From assembly GCA_965657355.1 (NCBI GenBank), contig CBFHOE010000009.1:128001-192000 (forward strand): 64,000 nucleotides of DNA, read 5' to 3'. Source of the DNA: Limisphaerales bacterium (GTDB taxonomy: Bacteria; Verrucomicrobiota; Verrucomicrobiia; Limisphaerales; JAJOIW01). Positions 10,709-21,496 of the stretch are shown here, piece by piece. The notes below the pieces were generated by a model. It was not told the DNA's origin. It worked only from the letters and a program-made list of their open reading frames with translations, and did no database searches. Every line of letters begins with the position of its first letter. Position 1 is the stretch's first letter. A program made the position numbers and the translations under genes.

Positions 10709-11092
10709 ATGAATGATAATCACTATCAAGTTGGTGTCATACCTATAACAAAAGAAGGCCATATAGTTCTTGTCACAACAAGAAGCGGGGATTATTGGAT
10801 TTTCCCAAAAGGCAACCGGGAAAAGGGAAGAAGTGATAGAGCCGTCGCTCGCTTGGAGGCTTTCGAAGAGGCTGGGGTAAAAGGTGTAATGAAAAGAAAA
10901 AGTCATGACTTCAAAACTCCACTTGGAAAGGTCAAAAGATTGAGACTTTACCCCATGCAAGTAAAAGTTATTTTGAAAAAATTTCCTGAGCAAAAAATGA
11001 GAAAAAGAGTTATCGTTCCATTTGAAAAAGCAGAAAAGTTAGTCCAAACAGACCTTCAGTTGATACTTCAAAAAATAAGAAAATGGGTTTGA
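10709..11092 (+). CDS. NUDIX hydrolase
   Basis: WIFPKG followed by Nudix box GNREKGRSDRAVARLEAFEEAGV. Confidence 0.88.
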   Translation: MNDNHYQVGVIPITKEGHIVLVTTRSGDYWIFPKGNREKGRSDRAVARLEAFEEAGVKGVMKRKSHDFKTPLGKVKRLRLYPMQVKVILKKFPEQKMRKRVIVPFEKAEKLVQTDLQLILQKIRKWV

Positions 11093-11262
11093 ACTATCTC
11101 AGAAAAAAGAGTCGATTTATTTTAAACACCGAAGGGGTATTGAAGAATTTTTTAAACGATAGGGACGAGTATCAGGAAAAATTCTAATCCAACAAAAGTC
11201 GCCAGCATAAGCATTAATTATCACGCATTTCATGTCTATGGCTGAAATGCTTATATTCAAAA

Positions 11263-11817
11263 TCACTGTTTGATACTATTTGATAAATAAAGAATAAAAT
11301 GAGAAAAATCTGGGGTTTGCAGATTTGGGTCTTTTGCCTGGTCATCCCATTTTCGTAACTCTAGAGCCTCTTTGTAATAGGGTTCTTTTTCGAAGTCAGC
11401 CCTCTCTTCTTCACTCATAGGACCACCCTGGTCAAGATAGCTTTTATACGAGGTAGGAGATAATCTAGATTCGTAAGTTTTGTCTACTGTGCACAAATAT
11501 CTTTTAGCGGAGACGTGGAGGCGAATTGGATCGGCTACTTCAGGGCCAAAATGCAATTTCAGCCAACCGTTACCTCGAAGCTCATGCTTATCATCGAAAT
11601 TTCCATTAAGGCTTTCAGGCAAATGACTTCCTTCATATATATGCCCTATATCATGCAGTAAAGCTGCAACAATTTGCTGGTTTTTAGCTTTAGCGTTCTG
11701 AGCCAACAAACCGCATTGGAGGGCGTGTTGGAGTTGATTGACCTCCTCCACCCCGTATTGGTCTTTCCCTCGTTTTTCAAAAATGTCCGTAATACTTTTT
11801 ATGATAGGATTCATCAA
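11263..11817 (-). CDS. phnZ: HD-domain diiron oxygenase, PhnZ/TmpB-like (phosphonate degradation-associated)
   Basis: Y..E.VNQLQHALQ, ALLHDIGH, DDKHE, IRLHVSAKRYL, LSPTS..S..DQGGPM, LRKWDDQAK: the motif series of PhnZ-family enzymes. Confidence 0.8.
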   Translation of the reverse strand: MMNPIIKSITDIFEKRGKDQYGVEEVNQLQHALQCGLLAQNAKAKNQQIVAALLHDIGHIYEGSHLPESLNGNFDDKHELRGNGWLKLHFGPEVADPIRLHVSAKRYLCTVDKTYESRLSPTSYKSYLDQGGPMSEEERADFEKEPYYKEALELRKWDDQAKDPNLQTPDFSHFILYLSNSIKQ

Positions 11818-12070
11818 CCGTACCTCTCTTCCTTATTTACAAAAGCACCCAATGGAAATTATAACTATAAATAATATCGAAGCATCATTATATGTTAAAT
11901 TATTTTACGTTGGTTTGATTTTGTGATCCCGTTTAAGTTTTGATTTTGGCAGGCAAGACCTTAATGAATCAGTTTTTTTAAATCCACCAATTTATAAGGA
12001 AAAAACAAAAAACCACCCAGGGCTAAGCCCTGAGTTATCCGATTGTAAAAGTTAATATTTCACCGAATTA

Positions 12071-12290
12071 TCAAGTCCTCGTAGCATTCCATTTCATTGT
12101 GACATCTCTAGAACCGTCAAAACTCGTCTTAACTTTTCCCGTGATCTTTCCTTCTTCTTGTAGTTTACCAATAAATGTGTAATTCATTTCTCCGTCATCT
12201 GGTCTGTCTCGAACAACTATAAATGTGATTTTTTTTCAGCGGATGCTTTACCTTCACTTATTTCAAGCCAACGGCTTTTCTCCATCTCCA
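12071..12290 (-). pseudogene. Frameshifted remnant of a small beta-strand-rich protein gene
   Basis: LEISEGKASAEK, then a frame change in an A8 run (T8 at 12229-12236), then ITFIVVRDRPDGEMNYTFIGKLQEEGKITGKVKTSFDGSRDVTMKWNATRT* (stop at 12071-12073). No intact 5' end. Confidence 0.4.
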
Positions 12291-12425
12291 TCAAAATTAC
12301 GACAAAATACTGTTGAATTCTGAATAATAATATCACGCGTTACGACCATTTAGATTAAACCAAAAGCCGAAAGGAATTCCTAAAACCTATTATCTGTTGT
12401 AATTTAATCATGACCATCTATAACC

Positions 12426-14021
12426 ATGAAAAATCTTTTATTTATCATAATCACGATTGTTTTTGTTCCTCCTCATTTTTATCTATCAGGTGATGAAGAA
12501 AAAACAAGAAAACCAAATATTGTCTTCTTTTTAGTTGATGATTTGGGCTGGTCTGATGTGCAGTGCTATGGAAGTCGTTTTTATGAAACCCCAAATATTG
12601 ATCAGTTAGCTGAAGAGGGAATTCGATTCACTGATGCTTATGCTGCATGCCATGTTTGCTCCCCCACTCGAGCAAGTATTTTGACAGGAAAATACCCAGC
12701 AACACTCAACCTGACAGACTGGTTACCTGGTCGGAGAGATTTTCCATTCCAAAAATTGCTTAATGTCAAAATAAATCAGAGTCTCCCTAGTGAGGAGACA
12801 ACCATAGCGGAAATATTGAAGGATAAGGGGTATTCGACTGGCATATTTGGTAAGTGGCATTTAGGAAAGGAGGGGTCTATGCCGACAGACCATGGGTTTG
12901 ACACCCACATCCCAGACACGCCCTCAAATTGGAGAACATTTCATGGCCCTTTTGGATTAAAAAAGCTGGAAAGTAAAAAAGGGGATTACTTAACCGATAA
13001 ACTAACTGATGAGGCTATTAGATGGATTGAGAATAAACAAGACACACCATTCTTTCTTTACATGTCACACTTTGCTGTCCATGACCCAATACAGGGAAGA
13101 AGCGATCTGGTCCAAAAATATCATAAGAAACTAAAAGGAACCACCCGACCAATTGGACCAGCCTATATCCTCGAGGGAAATCCTGACAGTGCCAAAAGCC
13201 CCTCTCGTGCAGAGCTTACTGAATGGATAAATACCCCAAATTTCTCAGGTCACAAAGTCATGCCAAAACGCACCATTAAGATCAAACAAAAACAGGACAA
13301 CGTGGAATTTGCAGCTATGGTAGAAGCAGTAGATGAAAGCCTGGGGCGAATCATGAGTAAGCTAGACCAATTGAATATTGCAAACAATACTATACTCATA
13401 TTTACATCAGACAATGGGGGAATGTCTGCAATGAATGTGGGATGGCCGAAACGATCAATACAAGAGGGCAATGTAGATATAGCCTATTCAACCTCAAACC
13501 TTCCACTGAGGGGTGCAAAAGGGTGGCTATATGAAGGTGGTATCAGGGTGCCCCTAATAATAAAGTGGCCCGGAAAAACTCAAGCCAAATCTATATGTTC
13601 AACCCCAGTTTCGAGTATAGATTTTTTCCCCACAATTTTACATATGACTGGGAATGAGAGCGCGATTTCTGATGGTATTGAGGGCGTCAATTTAGCCCCC
13701 TTAATTAATGGAAAAAATTTGGATGCACGACCACTCTTTTGGCATTTCCCTCATTATAGCAACCACGGCATGCAAAGCCCAGCCGGAGTCATAAGGGAAG
13801 GAGATTTGAAGCTCATCGAATACTACGAGAATGGAAGCATCCAGTTATTTAACCTGAAAAATGATAAAGGGGAACAGTATGACTTATCAAAAACCATGAC
13901 TAAAAGAGCTGAGGAATTAAAATCCAAACTCAATCTATGGAGAGAACAAGTTTCCGCGAAAATGATGAAAGCTAATCCAGATTACGATCCATCCACTTAT
14001 CCGTGGATCACCAAGAAATAG
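12426..14021 (+). CDS. Sulfatase (S1, Cys-type), secreted
   Basis: Signal peptide, PNIVFFLVDDLG, CSPTRASILTG, GKWHLG, SDNGG, YEGGIRVP. Confidence 0.95.
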   Translation: MKNLLFIIITIVFVPPHFYLSGDEEKTRKPNIVFFLVDDLGWSDVQCYGSRFYETPNIDQLAEEGIRFTDAYAACHVCSPTRASILTGKYPATLNLTDWLPGRRDFPFQKLLNVKINQSLPSEETTIAEILKDKGYSTGIFGKWHLGKEGSMPTDHGFDTHIPDTPSNWRTFHGPFGLKKLESKKGDYLTDKLTDEAIRWIENKQDTPFFLYMSHFAVHDPIQGRSDLVQKYHKKLKGTTRPIGPAYILEGNPDSAKSPSRAELTEWINTPNFSGHKVMPKRTIKIKQKQDNVEFAAMVEAVDESLGRIMSKLDQLNIANNTILIFTSDNGGMSAMNVGWPKRSIQEGNVDIAYSTSNLPLRGAKGWLYEGGIRVPLIIKWPGKTQAKSICSTPVSSIDFFPTILHMTGNESAISDGIEGVNLAPLINGKNLDARPLFWHFPHYSNHGMQSPAGVIREGDLKLIEYYENGSIQLFNLKNDKGEQYDLSKTMTKRAEELKSKLNLWREQVSAKMMKANPDYDPSTYPWITKK

Positions 14022-14299
14022 GGTTCTATTATATCGTAATAACTGAGCTTGAGTGTAATTTTAGGTAAAAGACTTTTTATTGCTGTTTCTTTCAAAACTA
14101 AAATTTGAAGAATATTGATTGTTTTCCAGATTCTTCAAATACCAGGTCTATTTAATGGACACCTCGAGTATTAGTATTGAAATATATGCGATTACAGGAA
14201 CCATCCTTCACCGCCTAAAGGCAATCAAGCAAAAGAACCGGAGCGCCATTTGGCTATCACCAAAAACTAAGTTACAAAAACTTTTACTTTTGTGATTTA

Positions 14300-14596
14300 A
14301 TGGTTACTGGATCCCTTCACTATATGCTTAAAGGAGAAAAAACAACCTCGGAAGACGAGCAATTTTCACACCAAATTTTATCTAAAAATAGCGTTAAAAA
14401 CGAATACTCTGAATGCGATAGCATCAACGCGTTTGAGCTCTTGCCATACTCACAAAAAACATCGCCTGTAATAAGTAAAGATGAATTAAGGGGTAAACCA
14501 AAAGCCCAAAGTGGTATCGCCATGGTGACCCAGGTCTGTAAGAGATGTGGTTACGTTCGTTCTTTTTCAGTCAACCATATCATGGCATCAATTTAA
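14300..14596 (+). CDS. Small hypothetical protein, possible degenerate Zn-ribbon
   Basis: C-terminal VCKRCGYVRSF and upstream YSEC (TAC TCT GAA TGC). Confidence 0.45.
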   Translation: MVTGSLHYMLKGEKTTSEDEQFSHQILSKNSVKNEYSECDSINAFELLPYSQKTSPVISKDELRGKPKAQSGIAMVTQVCKRCGYVRSFSVNHIMASI

Positions 14597-14616
14597 TTCG
14601 TGAGTGATATCTTGGG

Positions 14617-15273
14617 ATGAATATTTGTTCCAAAAGCCTTAAAACTGCGGCCTCTTTTCTCTGTGAGAAAGAAAACGAGCCAACTGAACTAAAATCGTCC
14701 ATGGACTGCAATGACAGCGAATTGGCGAGCTTACTTATTCAACTCACTGTCGTTCGTAACAAGCGCTGTAAAAACCGATCAGTAAAACTTTTGTCTCAAC
14801 TTTCACAGAGCACCCCCGAGAGCGTCATTCCCCATTGGGATAGACTTTTACTGCTCGTTTCGTGTGAAAGTAATATTGTCAGCTGGAATGCGATGAAAGC
14901 CTTAGGTTATCTGGCTCATTTAAAAACACCGGCAGACCTTCAAAAGTGTTTACCCGTATTGATTCAAAAACTCCAAGATAAATCAATGGTCACAATAAGC
15001 CACGCCATTAGTTGTATGGGAAAGTTTGCATTCGAAGCCCCAGATTTAAGAAATCAAATTTTCACCAAACTTTTAAAATTAAAAAACTATTCTCCATCAA
15101 ATGATTGTGAATTAGTGCTTGCCGGAAAAGTAATCAAAGCTGCAATACCCATTTCCAACGCGCTCCCTAGAGAGCTAAAAAATACACTCAGAGATTTTGT
15201 TAACGATTACAAATCATGCCCTCGTAAAACCACGGTGAACGTCGCTCTCAAACTTTATAAAAATTTAGATTAG
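14617..15273 (+). CDS. Hypothetical alpha-helical (HEAT/ARM-like) protein
   Basis: 218-aa ORF with repeated amphipathic helices (VSWNAMKALGYLA, TISHAISCMGKFA). Confidence 0.6.
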   Translation: MNICSKSLKTAASFLCEKENEPTELKSSMDCNDSELASLLIQLTVVRNKRCKNRSVKLLSQLSQSTPESVIPHWDRLLLLVSCESNIVSWNAMKALGYLAHLKTPADLQKCLPVLIQKLQDKSMVTISHAISCMGKFAFEAPDLRNQIFTKLLKLKNYSPSNDCELVLAGKVIKAAIPISNALPRELKNTLRDFVNDYKSCPRKTTVNVALKLYKNLD

Positions 15274-15417
15274 CGAAATTGAATCTTTTAAAATACGCGA
15301 CCTTAAGGCGGTGCATTTATACCCTATCATGAGATAGATTTATTTCGCCAAATTTATGCGAAATGTTACGCCAAAACCATTGTTCCTCGATAAAATATTT
15401 CGGATAATCGAATAATC

Positions 15418-15680
15418 ATGTCAGACCCACATTCCAGAAACTTGCTATTTCAGTCATTTCACTTTTATTGGTGATGTTACGCTCCGCAGACAAAGTCAGA
15501 GCTGAAAGACCAGATTTCTTACTAATAATATGCGATGATTTAGGTTGCGGAGACCTATCGGCATGCAGCCGCCAGATAATTTAGACTTCAAATGTGGATA
15601 CCCCGACTGAGGAGGGCATTAAATTTACTGATTGTTATTCTTCATCACTTGTTTGTTCACCGTCCAAAGCTGGATTATAA
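15418..15680 (+). pseudogene. Sulfatase N-terminal remnant
   Basis: Signal-like QKLAISVISLLLVML, then AERPDFLLIICDDLGCGDLSACSRQII*TSNVDTPTEEGIKFTDCYSSSLVCSPSKAGL*. Stops at 15582 and 15678; the ATG at 15418 is out of frame. Confidence 0.85.
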
Positions 15681-15828
15681 AGAGTCATAAAAATTTATTA
15701 GAGGAGTCCTTCTCTTTCTGATGCCACCCGGAAGAAACTCCTGGCATCATGCTTAATTTAATTAATAAAGACATCACTCGCTGAACTTAATCTATAATGG
15801 AGAGAGTCTTATTCTTGAAAATGGTTAT

Positions 15829-17220
15829 CTAATCAGATGAAACCATTCCAGGGCGCCTGGCATCTTTCATCATTTCTTGCTGAAACAGGATAGCCATCCC
15901 TCTGAGTTTACGAGAAATTTTCCCCACGCGAATAGGATCCCTTTCTCCTGGGTCTTGAGATAAATCGTAGAGTGTCAGTCCAGGGTTAAGGAATAATTTC
16001 CATTGTCTCCACCTCACGGCAGCCAGTGCCCCTTGGCTTCCATGATAAAAAAAGGCTTCGTTGTATTCATCTCGGGAAATTAGCTTTCCCCATTCTCCAG
16101 GCGGACTCCAATGACGTCGAAGCGGCACTTGTGAATTAATGGATAGTTTTGCACCTGGTTTAGGTATTTTTTTGGTTTTCCCAAGAATCATAGGGGATAT
16201 GTCTCTTCCATCAATCACCCTGCCCTCGGGGATTCGCAAGCCTGAAAGAGAGGCTAAAGTTGGATACCAATCCATGGCCCTGACGACTTCACTATTTTTG
16301 TCACCTTCTGAGACCCCCAGTCCTGGGCCCCATGCAATACATGGAACACGAATACCCCCTTCATATGTCGAAAGTTTATTTCCCCGAATCGGCTGACTCG
16401 CATTTCTCCCAGGCCCTCTACCATTATCTGACGCATAAACAACAATGGTATTCTCATGCAATTCCAATTGCTCTAAACGATCCATAATTCGTCCGACATG
16501 GTAGTCCATTTCCTGTATGGCATCACCATAGATTCCAAATTGAGAGGAGTTCCGAAAAGCTTCACTTACACCTATGGGATTGTGCAACATAGTGTGCGGG
16601 AGATAGAGAAAAAAGGGCTGATCTTTATTTTTACTAATAAATTTTAATGCCTCATTTGTATAAATTCTTGTAAGTTCATTCGGATCAGCTGGGCGTTTGA
16701 TAACTTCCTTATTACGCATTACAGGAACCCCGGCCTCTCCGAAATAGACGACTTCAACAGGATCCAAATTATGAAGGAGACCGAAGTAATGATCGAACCC
16801 CTGATTGTGAGGAAGGAATTCCTCTTTAAACCCGAGATGCCATTTGCCAATACATGCAGTTGCATACCCATTCGCCCTAAATAATTCAGCAAGGGTTAAT
16901 TCGTCAGGATGAATACCAATAGCAGAATCAGCGCGATGTACCCAAATGTGATTACCGATTCTTCTAGGGTAACACCCCGTTAAAAGACCGGCACGAGAAG
17001 GACTGCAAATTGGCGCAGCAGCATAATAATCTGTAAAACGGATACCTTTTTTCGCTAATAAATCAATCCGTGGTGTCTTAAATTCCGTTGCCCCATAGCA
17101 TCCGAGATCATAATACCCTTGGTCATCGACTAATATAAAAACAATGTTAGGTGACCTTGCCATACTTGATAATGCCACGGCAGAAATAAGGATGAATAAA
17201 AGGTGTTTCATGAGGGACAT
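15829..17220 (-). CDS. Arylsulfatase A-like sulfatase (S1, Cys-type)
   Basis: Signal peptide, PNIVFILVDDQG, CSPSRAGLLTG, GKWHLG, SDNG, YEGGIRVP. Confidence 0.95.
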   Translation of the reverse strand: MSLMKHLLFILISAVALSSMARSPNIVFILVDDQGYYDLGCYGATEFKTPRIDLLAKKGIRFTDYYAAAPICSPSRAGLLTGCYPRRIGNHIWVHRADSAIGIHPDELTLAELFRANGYATACIGKWHLGFKEEFLPHNQGFDHYFGLLHNLDPVEVVYFGEAGVPVMRNKEVIKRPADPNELTRIYTNEALKFISKNKDQPFFLYLPHTMLHNPIGVSEAFRNSSQFGIYGDAIQEMDYHVGRIMDRLEQLELHENTIVVYASDNGRGPGRNASQPIRGNKLSTYEGGIRVPCIAWGPGLGVSEGDKNSEVVRAMDWYPTLASLSGLRIPEGRVIDGRDISPMILGKTKKIPKPGAKLSINSQVPLRRHWSPPGEWGKLISRDEYNEAFFYHGSQGALAAVRWRQWKLFLNPGLTLYDLSQDPGERDPIRVGKISRKLRGMAILFQQEMMKDARRPGMVSSD

Positions 17221-17385
17221 GTGTATCAGTCATATCCATATCCCGCAATCTTGATCGACAACTCTATATTGGTCTTTTTTTCTAGTTAAAATGAAGATTT
17301 TTCATCATTCCCTTCTTACTTTTTTTATAAATAACCTCGGCGAATAAGTATTTTAAATAAACTGAGAGCCGGTATTATGTAAGTT

Positions 17386-17745
17386 ATGAATTTTACTCGA
17401 AGGCAAAATCCAGTCGTGGCCCAGATAACATCAACAGAGGTTCGTGATGAGGTGACAATAATAAGCGCAAAAGCAGAAATGGGTCGCTATGGAATGGTGC
17501 GATTTACAGTCAACTTAGAACCCAATGCAAGTAGTAACGGTGGCAAAGCTTATGGTGGTGGGCAAGGAGCTCTCGAAGATGGCAGTTTCATTGTCGGTTC
17601 TTTTTCCGGTAGATGGAGAAGGAAGAACACCAAAATTGTTGTCCATGGAATTGATGAAGTTACCAATGGTGACATCAGTCATATTATCTTTGAAATCGAT
17701 GCACGCGGAGATGAAGTCACTGTGACACATTATTCTTTAGACTAA
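17386..17745 (+). CDS. Hypothetical beta-rich protein
   Basis: 119-aa ATG-started ORF with protein-like composition, followed by a strong hairpin. Confidence 0.7.
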   Translation: MNFTRRQNPVVAQITSTEVRDEVTIISAKAEMGRYGMVRFTVNLEPNASSNGGKAYGGGQGALEDGSFIVGSFSGRWRRKNTKIVVHGIDEVTNGDISHIIFEIDARGDEVTVTHYSLD

Positions 17746-17814
17746 TTATTTATCAACCAGGGGAAACCCCTTCTCCTGGTCAATTCAAAAACAGCTAAAA
17801 GCATTTAAAAAATA

Positions 17815-17855
17815 AAAACAAGAGTCCTTGATATTTCTCCTAGGACTCTTGTTTT
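17815..17855. terminator. Probable bidirectional intrinsic terminator
   Basis: Perfect 14-bp inverted repeat AAAACAAGAGTCCT / AGGACTCTTGTTTT with a 13-nt loop, between convergent genes. Confidence 0.7.
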
Positions 17856-18038
17856 AAGACACAAGATTTATTGCATAAAAGGGTCTGGACGTTTGTCTGA
17901 CCATTGACAGACACTTATCCGGCCGCTCAATTGCTTATTCAATTTAGGTACCATGCGATAATTATTAATGGTTTAAATTATGAAGCTCCCACCGAAAAAC
18001 ATACCCATCACAAGTCTGCTGGTTTTTATGATCATGAG

Positions 18039-19823
18039 TCAGTGATCAAGAAGCTCGACTTCAGTAAAGTAAGCCCCACCTGATTTATCATCATTATCGA
18101 ATAACCATGTTCGAAGCTCTGTTTTTCCTGCAGGTAAATCAAGGATGAAGTTGACACCATATCTCTCTGACAGCACCTTGGATTCAGCTATTTTCCCAGC
18201 GATCTCGATTTTTGCTCTAACTGCCTTAACTTCCATACCAGCTTCAACGGGAAACTGCCTCAGTGTAATTCGATAACGGCCTGCCCTTTTTACATCCACA
18301 ATCCACGGCCCAGTCACTTTTGGCAGCCTTCTAATAGAGCCAAAATTCCATGGTGGATTTCCTGCGGGCATATACCAATCCTGTGAACAAAGGACTGTGG
18401 GGTTTTGAGCGGAGTTCCCAAGATCAATGGCAACTGGTTTTATCCTCGGTGACACTGATTCCCAAAATGGCTGATAAAGATTTCTGAGTGAATGGACGAC
18501 ATTGGGATATTTTTGAGAAACATCATTTCTTTGAGATGGATCGTTACCTAAGTCATAAAGCTCTTTCCCGTCTATCAACCGCCACTTATCTTTGAGAACA
18601 CAGCTGTATAACCAAGCTTTTGGCATCTCCCTAAAATATGGACCACCTTGAAATTGCACTATGAGATCTCGACGATGAGGCGGTGCTTGAGCATTTTTCA
18701 ATATTGGAGCAAAAGAAAGTCCATCTGGTTTATGACTACCTGGTAAAGAAAGATCACATAGTTCAGTCAGTGTTGGTAAAACATCTATGTGAGCAGTCAA
18801 TGAATCAATATCTCTCCCTTTGTTTATTCCCCCTTTTGGCCAATGGATGAAGAAGGGAACTCTGTGTCCTCCTTCGTAAACTGAGGATTTCTTTCCACGC
18901 ATTCCAGCATTGTACCCATCTATTGCTTCCGAGGTTAAACCATTAAACCGGGCTCCGTTTGCAGTTCCATTATCCGTCATGAAAATAAAAATCGTGTTTT
19001 CGGAGAGGCCAAGTGATTCCAATTTTTTCCGAAGCAATCCTACATTGTGATCAATGTTTGCGACCATCCCGTAGAAATTAGCTCCCCCGCCCCATTTAAT
19101 TTTTTCTTTGTAAGGGGCACTCCATTTTGGATCCACATAGTATGGGCCGTGCGGTGCATTCGGTGCCAGGTATAGAAAAAATGGCTTGTCCTTATTCTGT
19201 TCAACAAACCTGATAGATTCAGAAAACCAAATGTCTGTGCAGTACCCTTCAAATTTCTCAAACATGCCATTTCGTTCGTATGTATCGTCAAAATAATCAT
19301 TGCCCCAATAATCAGATGCCTGACCTACCCCACCACAACGGTGCCAAACGACATCTTGGAAACCACGATCTTGAGGCCGATGGGGCGCATTATCCCCTAG
19401 ATGCCACTTACCAACCATTCCTGTGACGTAACCATTGTCTGCAAAAACATTGGCAATAGTTCTTTCATCTGTGTGCATCATCGTCCTGCCAGAGCTAGTA
19501 CGATAGGCCCCGGTTCGGGCAGGATAACGACCAGTCATGAGGGCGGCTCGGGTTGGGGTGCAGAAAGAGCTGACATGAAAATCTGTAAACCTCACTGACT
19601 CATTATGCAGTTTATCAAGATGAGGTGTCTTTATGATAGGGTTGCCATGACAACTAAGATCCCCGTAACCTTGATCATCGGTCATAATCAAAATGACATT
19701 GGGCTTATCCTGGCCACCTCCTAATGTCACTAGGATGTGTAAATAAACAATAAATATGATAAACAATCTTTTCATATCAAAAACGGTTTTGAATATAGTG
19801 GGGAAAGATCTAAGTTTGCTCAA
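18039..19823 (-). CDS. Arylsulfatase (S1, Cys-type) with C-terminal accessory domain; start probably at MKRLF
   Basis: [41 protein letters not shown]; extra C-terminal beta-rich region. Confidence 0.95.
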   Translation of the reverse strand: MSKLRSFPTIFKTVFDMKRLFIIFIVYLHILVTLGGGQDKPNVILIMTDDQGYGDLSCHGNPIIKTPHLDKLHNESVRFTDFHVSSFCTPTRAALMTGRYPARTGAYRTSSGRTMMHTDERTIANVFADNGYVTGMVGKWHLGDNAPHRPQDRGFQDVVWHRCGGVGQASDYWGNDYFDDTYERNGMFEKFEGYCTDIWFSESIRFVEQNKDKPFFLYLAPNAPHGPYYVDPKWSAPYKEKIKWGGGANFYGMVANIDHNVGLLRKKLESLGLSENTIFIFMTDNGTANGARFNGLTSEAIDGYNAGMRGKKSSVYEGGHRVPFFIHWPKGGINKGRDIDSLTAHIDVLPTLTELCDLSLPGSHKPDGLSFAPILKNAQAPPHRRDLIVQFQGGPYFREMPKAWLYSCVLKDKWRLIDGKELYDLGNDPSQRNDVSQKYPNVVHSLRNLYQPFWESVSPRIKPVAIDLGNSAQNPTVLCSQDWYMPAGNPPWNFGSIRRLPKVTGPWIVDVKRAGRYRITLRQFPVEAGMEVKAVRAKIEIAGKIAESKVLSERYGVNFILDLPAGKTELRTWLFDNDDKSGGAYFTEVELLDH

Positions 19824-19850
19824 CCATTCTTATCCCCTTTAAGGTTACCA

Positions 19851-21272
19851 ATGAATAATAAAAACCATTTCACCAGGGAACCATTGATGAAGCATTTATA
19901 TCACCTCCTTATCATAGTAGTTTTGGGCGCGACTCCCAACACATTTGCCGAAAAGCAGCAGATGAACGTTTTATTTTTGATTATAGATGATCTGAACACC
20001 TGGCTTCTTGGAGATGAAAACCGATATAGAGGTAAAGTTATTGCCCCCAACATAACTAAATTAGGAAAGAGCGGGATTGTATTTCAACACGCTTACACAG
20101 CTAGCCCAGTTTGTGCCCCATCAAGAACGGCACTATGGTCTGGAATGAGACCATGGCAAACAGGTGTTTATCAAAACGGAGTCGACAGCCGGCAAAGCAA
20201 AGCATTGAAAAAGGCTACTTCGTTGCCAAAGCTTTTTAAACAAGCGGGTTACTTTACTGCGTCGCATGGGAAGGTCACACATGGGTGGGATACTCGCAGT
20301 GGTTTTGATGAGCGGACCCCACATCGTAGAGACCCCATACCCCCAAATGCACCATTCCTCTCGTTCACTCGAGGCGAACAGGATTGGGGCCCCACCCATC
20401 TTACTGAAGAAGAGATGAATGACACCAAGTATGCTGACGCCACAATAAAGCTTTTACAGAGAGAGCATGAACGTCCTTTCTTTATTGCTTGTGGTTTATT
20501 TCATCCCCATATGCCCTGGTATGTCCCACAAAAATATTTCGATATGTTTCCTCTAAGCGAGGTTACCATTCCACCAATCAAAAAAAATGATCTTGATGAT
20601 ATCCCGACTCTAGGACGTGAAATAACCCAAGGTAAAAGCAAGTTCGTCGACCAGGTTGTTGCTCATGGCCTCCATAAAGAAGGGGTTCAGGCTTATCTTG
20701 CGACAACGGCATATGCCGATGCACAAATCGGCCGGGTGCTCGATGCATTGGATAAGAGCCCATATAAAAACAGCACCTTAGTCGTTTTATTCAGCGATCA
20801 CGGGTTTCATCTTGGAGAGAAGAATCATTGGCAGAAAGGAACGCTGTGGGAAGAAGCAACCAACTGCTTGCTCATGTTTCGTGTTCCTGGTGTCACTCGC
20901 CCCAATCTGGTTAGCCAAAGACTTGTCTCCCTACAAGACATCTATCCCACACTGACTCAACTCTGTAATGTAAAAACTCCTGACTATGTTGAAGGCCGAT
21001 CTCTATTACCTTTATTAAAAGATCCAAATGCTAAATGGAAAAGCACGGCAATTACTACATTTTCAAATAGATACGCCACAATCAGAACCGAATCATTTCG
21101 CTACATAAGATATACCAATGCCCAGGAAGAATTTTATGACCTCAGATCAGACCCAAATCAATGGACCAATGAAATAAATAGCCAAGAATATAAGGTCATT
21201 ATTGATAACCACAGATCCTTGCTTCCAGATTTCGCTGAAATGATCACCCCTATTCCAAGAAAAAGGAAATAG
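19851..21272 (+). CDS. Sulfatase (iduronate-2-/choline-sulfatase-like S1)
   Basis: [47 protein letters not shown]. Confidence 0.94.
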   Translation: MNNKNHFTREPLMKHLYHLLIIVVLGATPNTFAEKQQMNVLFLIIDDLNTWLLGDENRYRGKVIAPNITKLGKSGIVFQHAYTASPVCAPSRTALWSGMRPWQTGVYQNGVDSRQSKALKKATSLPKLFKQAGYFTASHGKVTHGWDTRSGFDERTPHRRDPIPPNAPFLSFTRGEQDWGPTHLTEEEMNDTKYADATIKLLQREHERPFFIACGLFHPHMPWYVPQKYFDMFPLSEVTIPPIKKNDLDDIPTLGREITQGKSKFVDQVVAHGLHKEGVQAYLATTAYADAQIGRVLDALDKSPYKNSTLVVLFSDHGFHLGEKNHWQKGTLWEEATNCLLMFRVPGVTRPNLVSQRLVSLQDIYPTLTQLCNVKTPDYVEGRSLLPLLKDPNAKWKSTAITTFSNRYATIRTESFRYIRYTNAQEEFYDLRSDPNQWTNEINSQEYKVIIDNHRSLLPDFAEMITPIPRKRK

Positions 21273-21496
21273 AATGACTCAGTTTTTTTAAAAAACGAAA
21301 GCAATCAATGTCATACCTATACTGCATGTTGGATTGTATTTTAATTATTATACAACCTTTAAAACTCATAACTCACTAACAATAGCCAACTACCACCGAC
21401 TGGAATTTGATTTTAATCAATCCCAAGCACGATTACCACTGCAGTTTTAGTAGGAAAAATTGGGAAAGTATGATTATTTTTATATTCTAAAATATC

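Noticed and set aside
10522..10993. Minus-strand ORFs 10522-10710 and 10667-10993
   Set aside because: No motifs; the longer one is antisense to the NUDIX gene.
12017..12031. Hairpin CAGGGC-TAA-GCCCTG
   Set aside because: Only a 6-bp stem with a 3-nt loop; too weak to call, though it could terminate the relic gene.
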